NCBI GenBank assembly: GCA_002269645.1 | Contig: NIVC01000967.1 | Span: 1 to 64,000, forward strand | Source: Macrostomum lignano | Lineage: Eukaryota | Reading direction: 5' to 3' | DNA: 64,000 nucleotides | Shown: positions 1 to 10,788 of the stretch, piece after piece | Position numbering within the stretch: the first letter of the stretch is position 1 | Layout of the letters: every line of letters begins with the position of its first letter | Program-made: the position numbers and the translations under genes | Notes under the pieces: model-generated | What the model was told of the DNA's origin: nothing | Seen by the model: only the letters and a program-made list of their open reading frames with translations | The model's database searches: none

Positions 1-3000
1 ACGTGCCCGGAGCTGAAGCTATCGAAGCTGGCGAAGCCAACAAGCTGGAGCCAACGATCTCGCTGGCGTCAGCGGAGGCTGTGCAAGCAGCAGCAGCCGG
101 TGCTGTCCAGAAGCTGCTACGCCAGTTTGCGCGCTCGCCAAGCGTGACAGCGAGCTGGCCGACTTCGACTGGCTGGTGAGTTTGAAGCCGTCGCCAGCTG
201 CGCCTGCTGTGCTGCGATCCCATCGATGCTGAGCCCGCCGTTGCAGGCAGCAGCAGGCAGCAGCATCAGCTGAAGACAGCGCGTCAACGTGCGGCAGCGG
301 CCGCCGCAGCTTCGCAATATGCACCGTGCCGTTATGCGCCACGCTGCGCGCGCTGAGCGGCGATTACGATCCGCCAGGCCGACCGGCTGATGAAGCGCGC
401 CCTATTCGTTCTCCTGCCTAATCTTATGGCGCTGGAGCTTCGCCAGACAAATGCCTGCCAGTTAAGAAGATCTACCAATGGATTGAGGACAATTTTCCCT
501 ACTACCGGCACGCCAACAACGGTTGGAAGAATTCGTTCGCACAATTTGTCGTTGAATAAAAGTTTCACCAAGGTGTTCCGCGACGTGAGTATGCTTTTTT
601 CTTCGATAATTGAATTTGGTTGTTTGTTGCCAAGGCATGATTCCAGTATTTAGTGAGAAAAGGGGTGTGAACTATAGAGTCAAAATTGAGCCCGAAGCAT
701 TCGGTCCCGGTTTCTCTAATCCAATACCTTCATTTGGAGCTTCAAATGCACGCAGAATAGAAGCGATAGTTATGATACTATGTAATGTTATGCCCCCATT
801 ATGTTATCTCTTAATAATGTTGACAAGTAGGTTATCCTCCCACCCCAGCACTCTGTGTTTCCCCGCCTTGATGGAGGTATAAATAGCCTCAAGATGGGGT
901 GTTTGTATCACATATTTTATAGACGATAGCGGGAGCTGTTTGGCTTCAAATGAAGGAATTGGATTAGAGAAACCGAGATTGAATGTTTTGGCTCAATTTT
1001 GACTTTGCCTCAGATTTTTGCCTGCCTGCTCAATTCTGTATTTTTTTGGTTCGTCTGAAAAATCGTTGAAAAAGAGTTGAAGGTCAAAGCCTTGTTGTAC
1101 GTTCTTCTGTTCTGTGATGGGTAAAGATAAGTCTTACCGAATATCAAACCCGGAAATTACGAAGAACAAAACATAATAACAAATCTTGAATTTAAAAAAA
1201 AATAATTTATTGTGTTGCTTCTGTTATTGTTATGAACGCGCGGTAAAATACAGCTTTAGCTTAGTTGAATAATTTGTGTTGTCCGAAGTGTTATAAAACC
1301 GTTCGCTTTGAAAACTGTTTTTTTATTAATTCTACAATGAAATTTGCTCATCTGCGCTCAGGTGGCCGATTGCGATTCTGCAGCCGAGGATGAAGAGGTT
1401 TGCACTTGCACACCAGTAGCTCATGTGCTGTGCCCTGTGTTACTTCTAATCTTATTTTAACACAGCTCTTGTGCTGCTTTTCTATTTAGCGTCTTTTTAT
1501 ATTTACAAACCTCTCTGGTAGCTTTCAATCACTGATACCGAGCTAAACTCTGAGATTCCCTATTTTTTCTGTGCAATCTATGCCCCTGTTCAGTACTATA
1601 TAGCGCTAGCGCCCCTTGACATCCTAATTTGGCGCCCCTTGACATCCTAATTTGGCGCCCCTTGACATCCTAATTTGGCGCCGCTTGACACCCTAATTTG
1701 GCGCCGCTTGACACCTAATTTGGTGCCCTTGAAACCCTAATTTGGTGCCCCTTGACACCTAATTTGGTGCCCTTGACATCCTAATTTGGCGCCCTTGACA
1801 TCATAATTTGGCGCCCTTGACACCCTAATTTGGCGCCGCTTGACACCCTAATTTGGCGCCGCTTGACACCCTAATTTGGTGCCCCTTGACATCATAATTT
1901 GGCGCCCCTTGACATCATAATTTGGTGCCCCTTGACATCATAATTTGGCGCCGCTTGACACCCTAATTTGGTGCCCTTGAAACCCTAATTTGGTGCCCCT
2001 TGACACCCTAATTTGGTGCCCCTTGACATCCTAATTTGGCGCCCCTTGACATTCTAATTTGGCGCCCCTTGACACCCTAATTTGGCGCCCCTTGACACCC
2101 TAATTTGGCGCCCCTTGACACCCTAATTTGGCGCCGCTTGACACCCTAATTTGGCTCCCCTTGACATCATAATTTGGCTCCCCTTGACACCCTAATTTGG
2201 TGCCCCTTGACATCATAATTTGGCGCCCCTTGACATCCTAATTTAACGCCGCTTGACACCCTAATTTGGTGCCCCTTGAAACCCTAATTTGGTGCCCCTT
2301 GAAACCCTAATTTGGTGCCCCTTGAAACCCTAATTTGGTGCCCCTTGAAACCCTAATTTGGTGCCCCTTGAAACCCTAATTTGGTGCCCTTGAAACCCTA
2401 ATTTGGTGCCCCTTGACACCCTAATTTGGTGCCCCTTGACATCCTAATTTGGCGCCCCTTGACATTCTAATTTGGCGCCCCTTGACACCCTAATTTGGCG
2501 CCCCTTGACACCCTAATTTGGCGCCCCTTGACACCCTAATTTGGCGCCGCTTGACACCCTAATTTGGCTCCCCTTGACATCATAATTTGGCTCCCCTTGA
2601 CACCCTAATTTGGTGCCCCTTGACATCATAATTTGGCGCCCCTTGACATCCTAATTTAACGCCGCTTGACACCCTAATTTGGTGCCCCTTGAAACCCTAA
2701 TTTGGTGCCCCTTGAAACCCTAATTTGGTGCCCCTTGAAACCCTAATTTGGTGCCCCTTGAAACCCTAATTTGGTGCCCCTTGAAACCCTAATTTGGTGC
2801 CCCTTGAAACCCTAATTTGGTGCCCCTTGAAACCCTAATTTGGTGCCCCTTGAAACCCTAATTTGGCGTCCCTTGACACCCTAATTTGGCGCCCCTTGAA
2901 ACCCTAATTTGGTGCCCCTTGAAACCCTAATTTGGCGCCGCTCGACACCCTAACTTGGTGCCCCTTGACACCCTAATTTGGTGCCCCTTGACACCCTAAT

Positions 3001-6000
3001 TTGGCGCCACGACACCCTAATTTGGTGCCCCTTGAAACCCTAATTTGGTGCCCCTTGACACCCTAATTTGGTGCCCCTTGACACAATAAAATTGGTGACT
3101 TTTGCAGTGGCGCCACTTGAGACCCTAAAGTGCCATCTATGATGGCTTTTAGCGCCTATTTCTTCAAGTAGCGCCTTCGTGACTCTGTGATATACGCGAA
3201 TTGAGTGCCTGCTCTAACAGAATTATTGGCTTTGACAGCCAGTTACAATGACCCTCTGACCGAATCGTATAACAATGATTTAATTGCTTATGATTTTTTT
3301 AATCACTGTTCTTGCAAATATATTTGGCAAATTCTAGACTTTCTAGTGCTAACTCTTCACAAAAAAGCCGCAGGTTGGCTTTTGTTTGTTAGGCTTCATT
3401 TAAAAAATGGAAATACCAGCTGACTGACCTCGCGGCTACGCGAAGCATTGCGTACGATTCTATTTTTAGTATATGGACTAGCTCGGAAATAAGGAAAACC
3501 AGCTCGTCTTCTGTGTGTCTCTCTTTATCTCTGGTTTTAGTTGACTTGAACTTAGTCTGTCTATCTTGTATTTTCTATATACCTGCTTACGGCTGTTTTA
3601 TATTATAGGAATAGCAAAATTAATGTACTCAAAAATGACGCAACATTCTATAGTTTGTTAGGATTTTTTTCACACTTTGTAGATTTGCTCATTTTTATGT
3701 AATAGACATTTTCTCCGTTCAAGCTTGCCGCCTAACCTTTCATTGCGAAGGTATTAATTATATAAGCTACTAATAGTAGAACTAATTGCGCATTATCAAT
3801 TCCGCATTAACAATCAGGTGTCAATCAAAGGCTCCCTGTGGACAGTGGATCCCATGGCCAGGGCCGGCATGCTTCAGGCGTTAAAGAAGACGCCTTATCA
3901 TCCGTTTGCTCAGGTGCAGATGTACTGCACAGCTGGGACTCTTTATAAAACTGGCGCCAGCGGTGGCCGCGAGCGTCAGCAGCAACAGCAGCAGCAGCAG
4001 CTTCAACAGGCTGCTGGCTCTGTCGCGTCCGCCACCTCGGCTGTCCCGGCCACTACGCTGGGCCGCCTGCGCTACAGCGGCCTGCTGGGAACCGCACTGC
4101 TAGCCGCCGCCGCGGCAGCTGCCAATCCCGGCGCTACGCCATCTGGCGCCGATGCTTCGTCGCCAGCCGCTGCTGACGCTGGAGCTTGCGGTTCCGGTCA
4201 CCAGGAAGCCAGTGCCGCCGCCGCTGCTGCACCCGACGATGCTCCATCGGCGACAACATCAGCAGCGGCAACTCCAACTCCGACGCTGCATCAGTATCAT
4301 CCGCATGTTAACAGCTTCCGCGGTGTACAGACTCCTCGCGTGAAGTTGGAGCTGTTCGACCCCGCCAGCTCGGCTGCTGGTGGCACGGCTGGCGTCGCCA
4401 AGGAGGCCTCTGACGAGGACGCCTGCAACGGTGGCGTCGAGCGTCAGCAGGCGGGTCGAACTCCGCGCAAGCAGGACCTGGTGCCGTCTGCGCATCTCTA
4501 TCCGTTTCTGGCGGCTAAGATGCGACGCCTGGTGCACTTGTTAGGCGATCAGGTGAGAGTCAGCGATGCTTGTTTTATATAAGGACTTATGAGGCTATTT
4601 CGGCGGCCAGCGGGTCTGGCTTTTCAACTGTCAGGCCTGTACACGGCTATCCGTACCTGCTCAAAGATCAGCTGATTGGGCATAACTGCGGGTCCGACTG
4701 TCGTCTTAAAGGGCCTGTCAACTTGGGCTCATAAAGTGGAGCCCGAGTAACCTATGTACACAAATGATACGTCATTCTGCTCACAGTGACGCCAAGAAAC
4801 TGGGGGGGGGGCTAACAACAAGAGCATAATTAGGGACTCGACTTTAAGAGCTTAAGTCGATATAATAGTCACTAATCATCCCATTGCTTTTTCTCCCCTA
4901 TCCCAATTCTAACTCTTGTCCGTTTTTGCCGAACCCAGCTTCTTGGTGTCACTGTGAGCAAAAGACGTGTCATTTGTGTTCATAGGTTACTCGGGCTCCA
5001 CTTTATGAGCTTAAGTTGACAGGCCCTTTGGCGGCAGTGTCCAAGGCCTCCCTAGTTCGTGCATAATCCATTCATCGCATCCATTCCAATGAACGCCCCG
5101 CAGGCGTCCGACCCCGACTGTCTGCAGCACGCCGACGCCAACACCGACGACGACGACGACGAAGAGGAAGATGGCTACGTTGAAGTTGAGCAGCCAGTCA
5201 AGCGGCCGCGCGGTCGGCCTCGCAAAGACAGCGCCCCGGTGTACCGGCCGCTGCCGCTGGCCAAGTCGGCCAATCGCAGGAAGAAAAATCGTCGACTTGG
5301 TGGCGGCAAATCCTCGGGAATGCCGTCAGTCAACGAACTGGTTGCCGCCGCCCAGATGACTCAGATGAAACGAGAGGCTGCCGCCACCGCTGCCGTCGCG
5401 GCCGCTTCTGCTGGTAAGCCGAAGCCGCCAAAACTGGAGCCGGCACCGGCGCCAACATCGCTGCCAGTGTCTCCGTCTCGGCTGCAGGATGCTCAGGCTC
5501 TGTGCCTAGTGTTCAAACGGGCCGCCGACGAGGCCGCTGCCACAACCGCCGCCACCGCTGCCGCCGATTCCGCTGCCGACGCCGAACAGTGCCGCCCGAC
5601 TGAGGCAAAAATGCCCAAGCTGATTGCGGCCTCGCGTGCGGCGGCCGACTTGCAAGAGTCAGCGGCCGCGTGAGTAGTCGGGTGGGCTGGGGGCTCTCGG
5701 ATCCGCTTGCTTGGCCGGCCACCTTCACCCACATTGGCAGGTTTATTTGTCCGCCTTCACCCCACATTGGCAGGTTTATTTGGTCACCTTCACCCCACAT
5801 TGGCAGGTTTATTTGTCCGCCTTCACGAACATATTGGCACACAATTAATAGCCAACCGTTATAAAATCCCAGCAGCTCGGCAGATGGAGACGAATCGGAG
5901 GCGTCCTCCTCGGCACTGGTCCGTCTGGCGCTGAATCCGTCGGCCCTGCGTGTACCCTGCGGCCCGGTCAGCCCCACCAACTCGGAGCCCGGCTCAGCCG

Positions 6001-6320
6001 AGCAGCAGCAGCAGCAGCAGCCAGTTCCAGCTGTTGGCCAGCAGGAATCCAAGACGCGTACAATTGGCGGTGCTCGCGTCCGGGTACTTCAATCGACTAA
6101 GTCGACTGTCGCCAATACTGCGTCGCAATTTCAGCCGATGATCTCGCTGCCGAAGCTTCATCAGCAGCAGCCTCTGCTGCAGCCGCAGCCTCAGTTGCTG
6201 TTGCAGCCGTTTCTAGCCGCGGCTTCAATGCCGGCTGTTGTTGGAGCGCCAGCAGCTCCAGCATCCACTGTTGGCGGCTCGCTCTCTCATTTTATTATTA
6301 AACTGGCTGGCAATCGGTGA
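1..6320 (+). CDS. FOXN2/3: Forkhead box transcription factor FoxN2/3 (CHES1-like), 5'-partial; exons <1-584, 3818-4552, 5104-5669, 5873-6320
   Basis: Restoring five single-base deletions in exon 1 gives [64 protein letters not shown], spliced in phase 0 (GT 585, AG 3816-3817) to [23 protein letters not shown]. This matches the FoxN2/3 signature ([27 protein letters not shown]). Downstream exon phases are compatible through to TGA at 6318-6320. Confidence 0.88.
677..1005. repeat. Inverted repeat, ~64-bp arms (677-740 and 943-1005) with ~200-bp spacer, in Fox intron 1
   Basis: GAGTCAAAATTGAGCCCGAAGCATTCGGTCCCGGTTTCTCTAATCCAATACCTTCATTTGGAGC closely matches the reverse complement of 943-1005. 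Confidence 0.8.
1611..3085. repeat. Minisatellite, 21-22 bp unit GCCCCTTGACACCCTAATTTG(G), in Fox intron 1
   Basis: Directly visible tandem array of about 65-70 units. Confidence 0.95.
4710..5027. mobile_element. MITE with ~94-bp terminal inverted repeats (Kolobok/T2-like), in Fox intron 2
   Basis: Arms 4710-4803 and 4934-5027 are about 90% reverse-complementary (AGGGCCTGTCAACTT...AAGTTGACAGGCCCT). The left flank is TTAA; the right flank is degenerate (TTGG). Confidence 0.7.
5722..5830. repeat. Short ~33-bp tandem repeat (about 3 copies) in Fox intron 3
   Basis: CCTTCACCCCACATTGGCAGGTTTATTTG repeated. Confidence 0.85.
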
Positions 6321-6889
6321 TCAAGACCGTCAACCTGAACATGAATATGAACAAACGCTGGTATATTTCTATAAATAGCCCACGGGAATCCCCGCAGTCT
6401 TAATTTAGAAGCGAATCCTTTCTCTCTTGTTAGTATATGCGTAAACCACGTTGGATTTTTGTTGGGGCTGCGAGCATATATTCTGGCAGTAGTTATTTCT
6501 CTTTTTTTGCGCACAACATTGCAGCAATATATTGTGTATATCTGTGTAATATGTGCGCGACAGGCATCTCATTTGCGTCTACAAGCAATTGTTTCTATCT
6601 GTACTACATATATGCCATTTTGTGCGCGCCCAGCGCTGCATACTGAGAACAGTTTGTGAATTTCTTGACGCTTCTATCATTGTTAAATTACGCATTAAGT
6701 TGCCCTGGTATTCAATCTCTGTGTGTGATTGCAATTTTTATCCAGTTCAGCTAGCTATTCTGTCAGCAGGACTTATTCGGTTCAATATTGATGTAGTTGC
6801 ACATGATATTCTCTCTCAGTAAATACTTTTTTGTCCACCCTCCCAAATTGCTCTCTAGCCCATTATTTTTCCAAAAATCCGCAAAATTA

Positions 6890-7320
6890 TTACCGTGTAG
6901 AAACCGGGCCTATCACAATGTAGAAACCGGCCCAATACAGTGTAGAAACCGGCATATTACCGTGTAGAAACCGGGCCTATCACAATGTAGAAACCGGCCC
7001 AATACAGTGTAGAAACCGGCATATTACCGTGTAGAAACCGGGCCTATCACAATGTAGAAACCGGCCCAATACAGTGCAGAAACCGGCATATTACCGTGTA
7101 GAAACCGGGCCTATCACAATGTAGAAACCGGCCCAATACAGTGTAGAAACCGGCATATTACCGTGTAGAAACCGGGCCTATCACAATGTAGAAACCGGCC
7201 CAATACAGTGTAGAAACCGGCATATTACCGTGTAGAAACCGGCATATTACCGTGTAGAAACCGGTATATTACCGTGTAGAAACCGGCATATTACCGTGTA
7301 GAAACCAGGCCATTGCTCGT
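6890..7320. repeat. Higher-order minisatellite: 67-bp unit built from three GTAGAAACCGG-containing subunits
   Basis: GTGTAGAAACCGGGCC recurs at 6895, 6962 and 7029 (period 67). Confidence 0.9.
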
Positions 7321-8199
7321 ACAATGTAGAAATAGGCCCATCGCCATGTAGAAATCGTAAGCAGTAATTCTGTTGCTATGCGAGAAGGAACTCAGCTGTT
7401 TCTAATAAGTAATAAGTTAGCTCAGTTCAAGTCATCATTGTGCATACCAATGAAACTATTGTATTCAGAGCTCAGTCAGTCATGTAAATAAATCATTACT
7501 AAAAACAGTGTGTTTAATACAAGCTATAGTCTTCAGTTGTTACTATGAGTAATCTAATGCATAGCAACTATCTATGCAATGCATCATATTAATCTCTCTC
7601 TCTCTCTCTCCTTGTCTCTTGCATTTTGTGGCCCATTGTATTCTAGTTTATTCTAGGCTTTGCTTGGCAATCGGTTTATAATCTTATTAATTAAATATAA
7701 TAGTTTCGTAAGTCTTATTGGTATTGCTCCATTTCGCACGCTTCATAGCTGCGGTGCAATCTGTTTAATAAATTTAAGTATACAATTATCATATCTATAT
7801 TATATATACCATTAAATGCAGTCATTTTTTCGCTGAAATAATTCAAAATCCTTGCCCATCTGGTCGCTCTGTCTCTGTCTGTCTGTTTTATCTTCTTGTA
7901 TTTATTTACAGATATATACACATCTATTCATTTATCTGCATTGTTGTTTTCTTCTCATTTACGCTCGACAGTTTATACAGACGCTTCTCCGTATATGCAT
8001 ATTTGATAATAAGCAACCATGCACACTATAGATTGATGGCTTATGAGTATTCAACTAATTTTATTGTGTTATTTCTATCATGGTTTACTGCTTATGTATT
8101 GCTAAACATTTCATGTTTGCTTTTCCATGCTTTTTCATTGAAGCCAGTTTTTGACGTGTAAGACTTGTGCAAATAGTTACGATTATATAATTGCTTGTA

Positions 8200-8785
8200 G
8201 GGGCGCCACAATGGGTGTGTCAGTAGCGCACCACAATTGGTGTGTCAGTGGCGCCAAGTATGGTTGTTATTAGCACCCAAAGCGGCCTTATTAGCGTTAA
8301 ACGGGTGTTATTAGCGTCTATTATGGGTGCAATTAGCGTTTAATATGGGTGTCATTAGAGCCTAATATGGATACCATTAGCGTCTAATATTGATACCATT
8401 AGCGCCTAATATGGATGTCATTAGCGTCTAATATGGATTCCATCAGCGCCTAATATGGGTGTCATTAGCGTCTAATATGGATTCCATTAGCGCCTAATAT
8501 GGGTGTCATTAGCGTCTAATATTGATTCCATTAGCGCCTAATATGGGTGTCATTAGCGCCTAATATGGATACCATCAGCGCCTAATATGGATACCATTAG
8601 CGTCTAATATGGGTGTCATTGACGTCTAGTATGGGTGTTATTAGCGTCTAATATAGGTGTCATTGGCGTCTAATCTGGGTGTCATTGGCGTCTAATATGA
8701 ATACCATTAGCGCCTAATATGGGTGTCATTGGCGTCTAATATGGATTCCATTAGCGCCTAATATTAGTGTCATTAGCGCCTAATG
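8200..8785. repeat. Minisatellite, 22-bp unit ATTAGCGCCTAATATGGGTGTC
   Basis: Visible array; ATTAGCG recurs at 8464, 8486 and 8508. Confidence 0.9.
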
Positions 8786-10099
8786 TGAGGCTCAATTATT
8801 GGCTTCGATTTAGTAGTGGAATCGCACCACCTCCCACTCCCAGTTCATGACGCGCGAATTTCATATCGAAGCGGAACTCAATTATTGTTTTGCATTGTCC
8901 ACACTAATATTTTGTTATTATTTATCTAACGCAGCAGGGGTCTTCCGCGTTCGTTTTTATTATGAAAGAAAGAATTATGTTTTTTGTGCTTATTCCCCTT
9001 TCCCTGGTGAAAGCATTCAGCAGGTATTCATTTTTCTGGTTATGGTTTGCCAAGCAATACAGTTTGTTGTGGTTTTTGTTGCAATCTTAACCCTACAATC
9101 AGTTTTCCTGTGCGAGTATTATTGTTATATTATTTATTATTATTATTATTGCTGCTAATTGTCATATTTTGCTATTTTATAATTATTTTTAATGCAAGAC
9201 AATTTTGCTCTGGAGTTTATCCAACTATCCTGTTGCACACAGGCTTAGGCGGTACTACCATTAGTATTTACATTGTCTTGCTATATTTGCTACAACCTCT
9301 TTTGTCTTCATTTCAGAATCAGTTTTTATTCTCCTCCAGCTCCGCTTCCTAAGATTCTTCTTGTATTAAGTAGAGCGGCGAGGATGAAGTTATTATTTTT
9401 TGAGAAATTATCGAGTTTCTAACGAATATAACGAATTTCATTGGTTTAAATCCAGCAGTTATTGGCGTGTGAATTTAAAAAAGTAATGTTTTCCCCAGGT
9501 TGTAGACATGAATTTGTATGTTTTCTTTTCTTTGTCTCTTTTTGAGCTTCTTCATTCACTGTCAAATTGTGAAAGCTTGCCGTCAGAGTCTGTTTTAAAA
9601 CCAAGCTGTATAGTCGGAATTATTTATGCATGCGCTGTAATTTGCTTGGCGTATTGAGTTAGACTAGGCCCAGTATGGTAGTCGCATCGGTCTGTGTTGT
9701 AATCATTTTAGTATATTAATCCTAGGATTGCACACACTTATACTGTTATTTTTTAGAGAATATTTGCGCTAATGAGCACTATCAGTGGTCACGAGTGATT
9801 TGTCACAGACATTTTTATTATTATTAATGCCGTGTCCATCAGGGGTTGTTGGCTTACAATAAATATTATATGAGCTATATGCACCTTTTTGCTCGCTTGT
9901 TTGCTAATTTTGTTCATTATAATTGAAATATATATATATATATATTAATACACTTTAAAGCACATTGTAAAAGGCTTACCCTAACACCATGATACATTTT
10001 TCCCTGGCACTAAAAATAGCGCTGAAAATGTCAGACTTTTCATTATTTATTTGTGCATATTTTCATCTATTTAGTACTTAGAGGTAAATGAATTTCCCC

Positions 10100-10742
10100 A
10101 GTTCCCCATTGAGTCTGTGGGGATATTCTAGGCCTCCAGTTTCCGATTGAGTCTGTGGGGATATTCTAGTGCCTCCAGTTCCCGATTGAGTCCGTGAGGG
10201 ATATTCTAGTGCCTCCAGTTCCCGATTGAGTCTGTGGGGATATTTTAGTGCCTCCAGTTCCCGATTGAGTCCGTGAGGGATATTCTAGTGCCTCCAGTTC
10301 CCGATTGAGTCTGTGGGATATTTTAGTGCCTCCAGTTCCCGATTGAGTCCGTGAGGGATATTCTAGTGCCTCCAGTTCCCGATTGAGTCTGTGGGGATAT
10401 TCTAGTGCCTCCAGTTCCCGATTGAGTCTGTGGGGATATTCTAGTGCCTCCAGTTCCCGATTGAGTCCGTGAGGGATATTCTAGTGCCTCCAGTTCCCGA
10501 TTTAGTCCGTGAGGGATATTCTAGTGCCTCCAGTTCCCGATTGAGTCTGTGGGGATATTTTAGTGCCTCCAGTTCCCGATTGAGTCTGTGGGGATATTCT
10601 AGTGCCTCCAGTTCCCGATTTAGTCCGTGAGGGATATTCTAGTGCCTCCAGTTCCCGCTTAAGTCTGTGGGGATATTTTAGTGCCTCCAGTTCCCGATTG
10701 AGTCTGTGGGGATATTTTAGTGCCTCCAGTTCCCCATTGAGT
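10100..10742. repeat. Minisatellite, 39-bp unit CCTCCAGTTCCCGATTGAGTCTGTGGGGATATTCTAGTG, just upstream of the FLCN acceptor
   Basis: About 16 copies, ending ~45 bp before the AG at 10787-10788. Confidence 0.95.
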
Positions 10743-10788
10743 CTGAATCCATCCCTCGATGCGTCCCCCGCACCCCTAACCCTCTCAG

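Noticed and set aside
1-584. FoxN2/3 as a pseudogene
   Set aside because: All lesions are single-base losses in short runs confined to the window start, while three later exons are intact. Sequencing error is more parsimonious, though unproven.
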